From: Dimorphilus gyrociliatus
Taxonomy: Eukaryota > Animalia > Annelida
NCBI GenBank assembly: GCA_904063045.1
Contig: CAJFCJ010000002.1
Coordinates: 992,001 to 1,056,000 of the forward strand
DNA: 64,000 bases
Direction of reading: 5' to 3'
Position numbers and translations under genes: made by a program. The notes beneath the pieces are model-generated. The model did no database searches, was not told where the DNA came from, and was given only the letters and a program-made list of their open reading frames with translations. Shown one piece after another: positions 34,140 through 59,204 of the stretch. The first letter of the stretch is position 1, and each line of letters begins with the position of its first letter.

Positions 34140-37100
34140 ACGCTATTTTAATGCGTTTTGAGAATGAACTCTTGTAAAAAAAATATCCCAGAATTGAAAA
34201 ATTCTTGTATATATATCCAGACTTTTGCAAACATGCAACAAATTAAGACTGATTTTTCTTCTGTCGTCATTTTTACTTATATTTTTTATACATGAGTATA
34301 TAGGCTACAGGACGCACAATATAACAGTTCAGGTATGTCTGTATATGCTACAAAATTTTTCTACGTGTCTCCTTCACTCAGGCAATTTCGCCCGCAGGGA
34401 CCTTTTTGATACGACTTTTCTATAATTATCGGTGTTCACCTTTCTAACATTATCGTCTAATTTATTTTAGTAGCCGAGCGCACTTGTGTACTCCTATTTA
34501 TACGCTTGTTTGTTCGTCATATACGCCTAAATTTATTTACATATTTTTATATATGTAATAGTAGTCGTAGGATCTTTTAATAATGAGAGAAAGGACGTGG
34601 GGCAGTTTCCGACAAAAATGCTTGCCTAATTTATTTTAGACGATGTTTACTTTTTTGTACTCGTGACGTTCAGGGTTCGTATTGGGCCCAAAAGCCGAAT
34701 CAGAATATGTAGCCTGCTCTGCAAATGTGTGCAGTTTCAGTATTTCCTTTTTCCCTGTTTTTTTCGTGTCTCCTTATATACCGATTAGAGAGATGAGAGA
34801 ATATTTATGTATGGATTTATACATATATACAAAATTTATACACAGTATATTGTATTATATGTAATACGTACATTATATATAATATAAATATATTGCAGAA
34901 TATTATATGCTTGAATGTTGATGCTTTTGAATACACGCAATGTTTATTTGAATATTGAACGACCCAAACTATTCTACTAAGCCTGACAGCTTGGCGCCAT
35001 TCGACGTATAGACGCCACTAGGCAGTGACAGGTGCAACGTTTAGGCCTACTGCTTCACGCCAAAAATTTTAGGAGGCGGCGCGCCAAGGAGTGTAAAGGT
35101 GGTTAATAAATGCCAAATAAGGTCCAGTTGATCATTTGCTTTGCATTCCAAAAACATTATATAGAGGTATAATTCAGTGAATCGACCACACAAAATGTCT
35201 GTCTGCGAGAATCTCAGTATGCTAGCAATCAGGCATGCTCGGTGACATAACGTGACGTCATTTCACCCAGTTTAACGAAGGCCTAGATGTAAGCAACTTG
35301 CACCTGCCGCTGAGGAAAGCATATAAAAACTGTAATCTATAGATATTTGTATGCAAGCCTATATGTTAAAACTAGTACCGAAACAGGACTTACACATTTA
35401 GGCCGATCCTGTATCGCTCTCACAAACACATCAAACAAACCGATATCTTCAAAGCAATTACAAATTTAACGTAGCAACACCGAAAAGCAATCTTGCACGC
35501 GTAATGCTTCGAAGGCACATGTTTAAGTTCATGCACGGGCAATGTAAACAAAAAAATCTAGGTCAAACAGCAATATGGTTGGACAATTGCTTTCATAAGA
35601 AGATATATGTCAATTGTTTAAGACACAAAGTAGTAAACAGGGTTTTACCATTAATTCGAGAAAAAAATAACAATAACAATTACAAAAGTGATAAAGCAAG
35701 GACAATTTAACTATTGATTAAAACACGCTACGGCTTCCACATTTTTTGCAGCTGTCAGATAACGATAAGGGATCTGGTAGCCTGTCTACAACAAGCCTGT
35801 TCGAGGCCTACAAGTTGGCTATATGCCAGCGATCAGCTGTTTTACGCGACTGAAATATACACAGCTGACTCAAGTACAATACGTAAACATGAAATTTTCA
35901 GCTATCATAAACTAGACCAAAAAAACGTATGCAGTACGCACAAATTGTTTATTTAGCTTTGTAGGGTTTGGCAGTTGGCAGGCCAGTCTCATATCGTTAA
36001 AACCCCTGCCTCTTCAAGATAGTACGGTTTACTTCATGAAAACCACTAATGCTTCCCTTAACACATAAGCGTACATACTTCTAAGTATCCTAATATACAT
36101 ATATACATACGTAGATCTACTGTATATACAGTGTATACAAGTGTGTGTATAAACTTGTATAAATCTATATATAAACTATATACATAGTACGTAGAAAAAA
36201 TATATATAACAGTATATTGGCCCTACCGAGTGGCCGACCGACCGCCTGCCTTTCTACATTCACCATCTGTCGACGATTTCAATACGACAGCTGCAGGTCC
36301 TATGTCCCAATTCGGGCTTATTGAATATTCCGAATTTGGACCGAATTCAAACAGAAATACTTTAACACCATTAAAATAACACTTTTAAGAAGGATAGCAA
36401 ATAAAATCACATGAAAGCTTATTGACAAACGACCTACTAATTTAGCGAATAATGAAAGCTATAAATGGTTGGCGATTGATTAATTAAAACTATATAGCAT
36501 TGTATAGTAATTTATATTTATAGTATTTATTATTTCTATTTAGACCCCATTCATTAGGTAATTAATGTGCCGATGTCATTAGTATATTTCATCTGAAAGT
36601 AGCAAATTTGGGTGCATCGACCTTCTTTGAGTCTTTGAGTATTTTATAGCTTGGTTTTTTTTTAAAATGCTTAAACTTAAATGATCAACGGTCGTTTAAA
36701 CGACTTCCTATATAGGGTGGCTCGGGCTTATCTAGGTCGTCGGTTATTTCAAAGGTCAGAGGCCACACGTGCATTCCAACTGCGTCCCTTCTACCTACAT
36801 CTTGCGCATGCGCTTTTCTATAACAGACTAATTCATAAGTCTTCGCGAAAGAGAAATTCAGAAGGAGGAAGAGAGAGAGAGTTAGAGGTAAAAAGAATTA
36901 TTTTGAAGCGTGTGAGCACACGTTTAACGATTGAATAGGAATTTCCTGTCGTTCCCAGGCCAAGCCCAGTACATTTTATTACTATTATAGGCCTATAATA
37001 CTCAACCAACCAGCCTCAAAGGTGAAATTTTATATATACGAAACTCGGCAGCGGAACTGACCGGTAGTGAATTACATACTGATACCATTTACGCAGCATG

Positions 37101-38207
37101 TCTCGCACATACATCTATACGGCCCTACTATAGATTATTCCTTATTTGTAAGGGTGAACTCGTTTAACACACTTTACTTTCCGTTTAGAAAAATCTCTCA
37201 AGTAGTAATTACTTTAAAGAGAATATTGAATTTCGTTGCTTTCTCATATTCAACAACGTACTAGTCCTATGCAAGTTTGTTCTGCATATGAGGTAATCCC
37301 CATATACTATGCGTCAGTATGAAACATCAGCCCCAGTTTGTCATCGTCTGACTCATCGTGTTACTCACGAGGTGGAGCCCTCATCTAAGTTAGGTCGGTT
37401 AACTGTAATGTGAATTACAGATACCGTGAGAGGGCATTCATACGCGTATAGCATCCTCATCAATTTTCAGCACGTTCATTTTCCGTTTTAGCTCAATAAA
37501 TTAATTATACTTGTTTTCCGTAATTTTTTACAGCATACTATAATACAACTTAAGCCATTGTATCTGGTGGTTACTGTAAAATATCAAGGTCTTGTCGTAT
37601 AATTTATGGTCCTGTTTACCATAATCAAATAATATATCCAGTGATTTCTAGAAGTTGTACAGTAATTTTTTTCTTTTTAAAACTGTAATACAAAGTCATG
37701 AAAACGAGAGGTCATAAAATGGATTATTGAAGGGAAAATGGCTGCTTAACGCAAGCCATCTAAAAACATTCAGGAAAGGGGGTATGGGAAGAGGAGAAAT
37801 CTTGGATATATAAACATTTTAAATATTTTTTTTATAAAAATGAATGAAAATAAAATATATTTGTATGCAAGGGTGTAAGACCACGGCAGCAATGGGCAAT
37901 ATCGATTAGTAGTGCCGTCGCCTAGACGGGTACCAGTCATCTCCAATACAGCAATTGCAGTTCGTAGTGCAGGAGAGAGAACCAAATAGCATGCGGTGCG
38001 CCACCACTAACATTAGCATAGAGCTGTACAGTAATGACGCGCACGGATCAAATAAGGATAGGCACATTTTCTTCTTAGACAAAAGGATACTCAATCGGAT
38101 GGGAATGACCAAGGCCGAACGCTTGCCATGTGACGTTTAGACGCCGCTACAGCACGCCGTAGTGCGGCGGCAAAAATGAAGAACGCTATCGGCGGCGTCT
38201 TTTCATA

Positions 38208-51465
<13,258 letters not shown>

Positions 51466-52369
51466 CTGGTGCCTTTGTCAAGTCAGGCCGTAAATGCTCA
51501 TTCCTGTAAAACTACAACGTACACATGTCTCAAAAAGGCCTATGTCATGCAGATTTTTATCGTGTGAATGAAATGTCTGTATTTACTATTATCTTGCCGG
51601 GTTCGAAGCAGTCGCCGTCGCGTCTTCCGTATATACTCAATATGTCATTTCATTTTCATTTTCAGACTTGTGTATATAGTAAGCTATACATACGAATTAT
51701 ACATGCTCTCTTCGTGGTTGTTTAGGGGAGGTGTATTTTCTTTTGAAATTTAGGATTTTCTCTTTGCTTGAACAATGTTGTTCAATTTTTTTAAATGTGC
51801 CATGATTGAAAACGCAATCGCTCAAGCGCATGTTGATTGTAAAGTTTTTTCCGGCGTATCGTAGTGATCTTGTTCGTTATATGTGTATATAACTACATAT
51901 AGTTATATATGTTTATAACTGCCAAATGTTTGAAGAATGCCAAAGAAAGAATATCAGGCTTGCCCCTAATATATACTGTATTTTGTCTGTTATTTACGTG
52001 TCAAAAATCAAAGACTTACTATATTCGTAAACGTAGAGTGACCTGTTGCTGAATGCTTTACCGCTACAGAGCCCAAGTCTACAAAGAAACGTGAACTTGA
52101 GGTATCAACTGTAAAGCGCTCTCGACTGTGCTGACTCTTGAATTGAAGTGCGTTAATTTTTATTTTACCCTGCAAGTTCTCGTCTCATAGTAGACAAGCT
52201 CTGCAGTTGTAGCGTTTTTTATGCATATGCATCGTGTTCGACACGATGATAACAAAAAAAAACAGATGATGCAGTTTTTTCAGTTTGTTCAATTCTTGTT
52301 ATTTGCACTATTGTTTCAATCTATGAATACAAGCAATGTACTTGTACCAAATTCAAAGATCTAATCTAT

Positions 52370-53254
52370 TTAGCATAGTTTTGGTGTTATATATTTATCA
52401 AGGTAAGTAAAAAAAGGTTCATAATTTTTATCTCCGTGGAGATGATGATCATAATGAGCTCGAGCTCCTCCATAAATCCTAAACGGGAGAATCTTGTCCA
52501 GAGTGAAGGGTAAGTCGTATCCACAGTGATTTTCTATTAGGCTAAATATAAGACAGAGAACGAAAAGAGTACGAGAAAGTGGATGAGCTGATACGAATTT
52601 TAGTGCCTCGTTAGCTGAGAGAATAAGCAAGAGTCTTTCAACAATTGTTAGCTGGTTAGTTACTTTACCACTGAATTTTACATGCTGATGATGATGAGCG
52701 TGTAAGTGTGAAAAAAGCCATTTATTTTTGTGTAAGCTAACATGAAGAATGTAGAAGAGAGCATCATATAAAATGAATGCTGCAATAATTTGATAAGCAA
52801 TTTCATACAGTTTAGGTGGTAGTTGAGGTAGGGATCTCGTCTTCTGCAGCCAGTTTTTCTTTTGCATTTGAATCACAGTTAAGTCTACTCCAGGATATTT
52901 CTTTACCATGAACGTATCTAGAACCATTAGGGGAAAGATATACCAAAAGATTTCCAAAAAACCTCTACGAAAACCTTTGTGATCCCATTGAACTTGCTTT
53001 GTGGAAATTTTATATTGATCAAAACATGAAAAAAAAGAAGCAATCTTCGGGAGCTGTAGGAAGACGCCATATATAAAGGTTACCCATAATGTTTCAAAGT
53101 AAACACAATTGAAAATGGTTGATGATAAGCAAAATCTCCAAAGGTTTTCAATCAGATTGTCCATATACTCGTAATTCACAGCCATTAGAAGACCACCTGC
53201 GCAAAGTCCAAAACGTAGAGACCATATGGTGATAGAGTTGCTCTTGCAAGTCAT
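52370..53254 (-). CDS. Fatty-acid hydroxylase superfamily enzyme, cholesterol 25-hydroxylase-like, intronless
   Basis: Three histidine boxes (HVSLH, HAHHH, HYDHH), ENHCGYDLP, membrane segments; first ATG at 53254. Confidence 0.85.
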   Translation of the reverse strand: MTCKSNSITIWSLRFGLCAGGLLMAVNYEYMDNLIENLWRFCLSSTIFNCVYFETLWVTFIYGVFLQLPKIASFFSCFDQYKISTKQVQWDHKGFRRGFLEIFWYIFPLMVLDTFMVKKYPGVDLTVIQMQKKNWLQKTRSLPQLPPKLYEIAYQIIAAFILYDALFYILHVSLHKNKWLFSHLHAHHHQHVKFSGKVTNQLTIVERLLLILSANEALKFVSAHPLSRTLFVLCLIFSLIENHCGYDLPFTLDKILPFRIYGGARAHYDHHLHGDKNYEPFFTYLDKYITPKLC

Positions 53255-54034
53255 AATTAGCAAACTATATTTCCCTGCTGTTCGTGGGGCTGAAACATAA
53301 AATTCAATCACAGGGCCACCGCTTTACACCGTCTAATAACGATTACTCTTAGCAACCAGGTACATATACAACAGCTAGATAGCTTTCATAAAGGAAAAGA
53401 AATGTGAGAAACTGAGCAGGCAGTGACTCAGCAAATTTCGATCGACGTTATATACGGTTTACAAATTAACAATATGCAACTCCCTCAATATGTCTGCTAC
53501 GTGACCTTCACCCTTTTACACCTGCTTTGATAAAATATTTACTAAGACGACAAAAAATTATCGAAAAAAAAACCAATAAAAAGTGGACAGCCTCTAGTAT
53601 TCGAAAATAAATAATTACCATTGATATAACCGCTTTATGCAATTTATCTATTTTTATATTATTCCTGACACTTGCCCTCTTTGATGAATATGAACTCATA
53701 AATGGCTAGTATGTTCATCTTTACATTTTGTAATACTTATAGGACTCTCGATTGTCTTTAAGTAACAGAAATAGATTTTCTCAATTGAATGTCGAGATAT
53801 TGAAAGGTGAGAATAAAGAAACATGATCATTCTTGCAAAAAATCCGATTAGAACGAAAAAATTATTAAAGCCCGGCCTACGCTGTAATAATTTGAAATGT
53901 CATTTAATGTTGTCAAAAACTGTCTATGTCATTCTTGTTTCAATTCAAAGAGCTTATATCTTCGCGCCAAAGGAATATTTTACCATTTTTGCGAGGCACC
54001 TTAGTTTCGTATAGTAGAGCGTAACAAAGTCAAA

Positions 54035-54554
54035 ATGTCCTCTCCAGCTGGAAGAACAGTTACCCCGTTGATTAGCAGAATCAGAAACTTTATGGCGGGG
54101 GTAATTTGGTCAATTTATATATATTCTACCGTATTTTTACATTTTAAAAAGATAATACCTTTTAAATAAAAATAAAAGGAAAGGTTTCTCTGAGTGATAA
54201 TATAGGTTTTTATCAAAAAATTTCATCAGAATAAGTAACATTGTCTTTCAGAGAAAAATTATGGAACATCAACGTTTTGAGCAGACTATATCACCAAGAA
54301 CCCAACCTCCTCCGAATATCCCCGGAGGCATTGCTCATCATTTGTCACATAATAACTACTTTTTGAGAGATGGAAGACGAATAGCTAATGCACCAACCAA
54401 TTCTTATTCATCTTCAAAATTAATATCTGCTGTTTCGGAGGAGTGAGTGTAGAATTTTAAAAAATTTTCGTGTATTATATACCCTATCTTTTGCAGACCA
54501 TCGACGGTAGCATCCAGAACTCCTCGTCCTGGAGCAGTCTACAATTGGGATTGA
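54035..54554 (+). CDS. NDUFA7: NADH dehydrogenase 1 alpha subcomplex subunit 7, 3 exons
   Basis: LISRIRNFMAG, ISPRTQPPPNIPGG, HLSHNNYFLRDGRR, PGAVYNW; all match the NDUFA7 family. Confidence 0.92.
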
Positions 54555-55486
54555 AAACTTGTCTATTTATATTATAAAATATATAAATTTAAATGTTTTG
54601 AACTGACATTTATGCATACACATGTATTAATGATTAAAAATTAGATTAAAATGATCATTTTAAAAAAAGAAGGGAATAATATCGTATTAAATAATTGATG
54701 AACAAGTTGACTAAATATTGGCGAAACCGAGATATTCTCACGTTAGACAAATCGATTGAAGTTGGGTTAGACAAGAAAATACGATGATTTTATACCGAAG
54801 GCGATTTTCTTGGTGCAACAAGAAACTTGCTTATCAATTTTGTCAGTTTCATAAAACACCATATGTTTGTAGCAGCGCCTATTTGTTGAAACACATCTCC
54901 TTGCAATCTCAATTACAGTACTAATGAGATAATGATCAAAACATTTCTCTTGTAATAAACTAGCAAAATTATCTTCTAACAGATCAACTACAGTAAAAGA
55001 TAATATAATACCAGAAATCGGTATTGAGTAGAGAAAGTCTACAATCAAATCAAAGAGAAAAATCAAAAAGAAAGCATTAAACTTTATAATCTCTTTAAAA
55101 AATACCTATACAGCTAAGACTCAACCTGCCGGATATTAAGATATTAAAGCATATCTGCCAGCATATTTTATGTTAATAACAACATGAAATATGCTGGAAC
55201 TGGAAGCAAGCTTATTGGTAGCATTCATTTGACTAAGGTCGGTCGAAATCGTTTGATGGGAAGGTAAGTAGATTTCAATCGCAGGAAGTAAATAGTGTTT
55301 CAGATTGGTAATAGACAACAATTTTTTGTGTTTTTTGGTTGTTCTCTAAGAAGTTTCCATTCCTTTGGAAAGTGATTATTTGAAAGGAGATTAAGTTATA
55401 AACTGAAACGAAGAGACGCAATACAAACAACATCAAGTTTGTAAAACTGATTGCACTTATTGAATTCTGCATGTCGATAAACATCC

Positions 55487-57143
55487 ATGGAAAACGACGA
55501 CATTCTAAAGAATTTGTCGAAGGAGGCAATGTTACCATGGCCTAAAGATCCTGCTTATTTTCGAACAGCAATTATGTATGGTAGTGTACTAGGTATAGGA
55601 TTTTTCGGTAATCTCCTGGTTGTAGTCGCTCTTTTGCATCGTTCTTGTCTACCAGATAAAAAGGAGAAAGTAATGACTATGTCTTTTCTCGTTAGTTTGG
55701 CCTTTGCTGATATCATATTTCTGGCATTTTGTATTCCGTTCGTTGTTTTTGTCCAGCTAAAGGTAAGCTGGTCGGGCGGAGATACTTTGTGTAAAGTAGC
55801 TTATTTTATTCAATTGGCTTCGGCTACATCGTCTATTCTCAATTTAACAGCAGTCACTATTGAAAGGTAAGATTTTCTACAAAAGAGCTATACAGGATGA
55901 ATAGTCCCTGATATAGCTTGTATTTAGTTGCTAAAAAAGCAAAAACGTCATACGCAATCAACAACTGATGAAATTTACATCGGGAGAAAGACGCTCATTT
56001 TCGCTTATAATCTAAAATTCAATATGTGCACGTACTGATCACGCTAATGTCCCAGTCACAGCACATTCTTTCACAAATCTGCTAAACTCAGTCGAAAGGT
56101 GATTAAAAGCAAAGCTCTTCAATAAATTAGGTTCTTTTTTCTTTTTAAAGATACGCAGTTATTGTGCATCCGATTCGATCAAAACATTGGTACATCATTG
56201 GAAATGTCAAAAAGATAATTTTGCTTGTATGGTTTGCAGCTTTTAGTCTTGCCATCCCAAATATTTTTGTCAAGGTATTACCCTCAAACTGTTTGAAAAC
56301 GTTAAACGGTTCGATCTACTTTGTATAATTAATTCATTTAGACAGAAGTGACGTACAACTATACATCGGCTGACGATAATAGCTCTACTGTGCGGACCTA
56401 TTCTACTTGCTCTGATGGTTTAGAGGGAGGCAAAAGACAAGCACTAGCTTGGTATCAGTTTGGTATCCTGTTTCTCCTTCCTATCATAGTCATCATCTAC
56501 TGCTATACATTCGTTATTAAGGTTTTGTGGGTTAGTACAAAGATGCTAAAGCATATGACTCAAGGGTGTGTTTTAAGATTATTGTTTTTGCTAATTATTA
56601 GATTTGTATCATGATTTTACAGAGAAAATGAGAATTGCAGGCAGCGTCTTACTCAGCAAACCAGTCGTCGAAGACATTTAGATCAAGCATCTGAAGCGAA
56701 AGAAGGAAGAAAACAGGTTATCAAACTGCTCCTGGCTATCGTCTTAATTTATGCCATCTGTTGGGGTCCATATTTGGCGCTGGAGCTGATGAAAGCATAT
56801 GAGCTAACAATTTTGCACGCAAATCATGCTTTTGAGGCAACAGTGCGTTACATTCAGAGAGTTGATTTGTAATTCTAAATATTAAATTCTTTACTTTTAC
56901 AGATTGTCATAATTCTATTACCAATGATTCAGAGCACTATTAATCCAATAGTGTATAGTTTCATGTTAGTTTACAGATTTAAGTTGAAGATTTCAGCTGT
57001 TTTCTCTTTTTGTTAATAGGTCAAAGAATTTTAGGCAAAGTGTTAAGAGCTTATTAAGATTCGGATTCTCTAAGAAGAAACAGGCAGATCGTTTGGAAAT
57101 GGACGCTACCAAGGGGGGACCTACTGCTGCGACGGAAGTTTAA
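55487..57143 (+). CDS. Class A (rhodopsin-like) neuropeptide GPCR, 6 exons; ligand family not assignable by eye
   Basis: TM1 GN, TM2 LAFAD, TM3 C...ERY, TM5 FLLP, TM6 CWGP, TM7 NPIVY, helix 8 SKNFR. Confidence 0.9.
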
Positions 57144-57943
57144 CTTTATGTCTAATATTACGCTTATCTCTTAGCTAAATTTTGTTTAAAACGCTTATTC
57201 CTCCACCCCCTCCCTCCCCGAAAAAATAGGTTTCCTATAAAATGTACTGGAAAAATATACGAGAGATGACTTCCATTTAAATAATTGTCTATCTTCATTG
57301 TACAAAAAAAGACAACATCTGCGTCGTGCTTGTTTCAAATTCTATTAATTTTTTTGTCGAACTTTTAAGATATTTCTATTCCTTGTTTCCTAATACGCAT
57401 TAGGTAAATAACATAGAATATTTTGCAGTTATAACTTTTGCTCCAGTTTGCTCGAAAATTTAAATTACTTAAATTATTAGTATCTTTATATGCGTGTACA
57501 AATAATAAAAAAACATTGACCCATTTAAGTCTATTTATTCTCATCTTAAAGACAATCAAGACTATTTGTTATTTTTATAATATTAATATTATTACATTTA
57601 ATGTTTCCTACAGGAAAATATTATTAAAGAAAGGTTTATTTGTGGTGTGAAAACGACAAAATTTGTAGTTTTCTGATAGTTGTTACAATACAAAGTACAA
57701 TTCGAAATACATTAATTAATTCTCCGGTCATATCTACTTTTTAGAAACATTGTGTTGAAACAATCTTTCTTTTTTTATATACATTATATACTGTAAATGT
57801 TTGCATACTAATATAATCTAGTACATAGAATATATAGCATATATATATATATATATTATTCTTATTTATTATTTATTGATTTTATAACATAAGTGCAAAG
57901 CTAAAGTACAATCGAGAATGATTAAGGAAAATGCTGTTTTACC

Positions 57944-58485
57944 TCAAACAGTTGTTACATAATCTTCGACCATTACGATTTCGGCTGGCAAATTATCATG
58001 TACAACTGGTAGTCTCTTAGGTTGAGTTTTCAGGAAGTAAAATCTACTGAAAAAATATCCTATTCCCGATCCCGTAACAACCCCTATGAAAATCCACAAA
58101 TTGTAAGTCATCACACCCAACATAACCACATAGCTCAAACAAATGCCCAAAGTGTGTACAAATGCTTGAAAAGTTAGATTGCGAAGATTAAACCTACAAA
58201 TAGTGCAAAAGATTGATTATGGGCCCTTATATATTATTCTAGCCGGCCTACTGATTTTTCCATTTAGATATGGAAATTGATTTTAAAACTTCGTTGAGAA
58301 TAGCTAATAAGAAAAAGAAGACTATAGCCAATAGTAACTCTGCAATATTAGTCCCAAATATTATTATATAAATATCGTAATTTTAAAATATCCAGCAGCG
58401 CGGGTACGTTGTACTTACCCTGGAGGTCTTTGACAGTAAAACCTTCAAAGAGCACTACAAAGTTGTAGGAAATAAAAAAATACAT
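57944..58485 (-). CDS. SLC31A: CTR/SLC31 copper transporter (short CTR2-like N-terminus), 3 coding exons plus a 5' UTR intron
   Basis: MYFFISYNFVVLFEGF start, TM2 MxxxM (MLGVMTYN), TM3 GxxxG (GSGIGY). Confidence 0.88.
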
Positions 58486-59204
58486 CTGAAGTGACGCAAA
58501 TTGAATGTAAGAAACGCACGAAATCTTTTAGGTACTTACCTTTTTTATGATTGCTTCAAAATCATACTATTTTCAAAAAAAAACCTCTACACTATCTTTC
58601 CAATGTTCTAACAATTGCATACAAACGTTTATCACAAGTAATTTGCTTAATATTGTAATCGTCGTATTGCTTCGAAGCAATACAATAGCTGTCCATCCAA
58701 ACTTTGTTTATTGGTCTACACCTCAAATTCACGACTATGCAATGACAGGCCAGCTCTTTTTTTGAAACAATACATAAAACAAATAAATATATTTCCTGTG
58801 AGTTTCTAAGTAATTAAATAATTTATCAATTAATATAAAACAATGGTGCTAATGCATATTCATGTCTCTCAATATTTATATCTGCCTACTGAGGGTAGCT
58901 GGACTGTTAATAGTGTAAAATATATTTACAGAGCCACAAATAAATAAAGAATAGTAATTTTATACATCTCTTGCTCCCGCCAAATAACCTTGGGGGAAAA
59001 TATTCAAGAAAAGTAAGCACCAGTTCCGCTTCGATAGATACCATATGAAAAGCGCGATGCACTATCTGGTTTCTTTTCAAAATGGACAACTATGTAAACT
59101 GGTATCATATATTAACGGATATATATATATAACAAAGAAACAGAACGTAATTTTACAATTCTTCTAACATATTTCGACATCAAATATAAAATTTTCCCAT
59201 TTAT

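Noticed and set aside
34140-34950. Pumilio-, Musashi- and miR-8-like sites in the SoxC 3' UTR
   Set aside because: Short AT-rich motifs at a frequency I cannot distinguish from background.
55964-56040. C/D-like pair (CTGATGA...CTGA) in GPCR intron 1
   Set aside because: Non-consensus C box, no C'/D', no stem and no rRNA-like guide.
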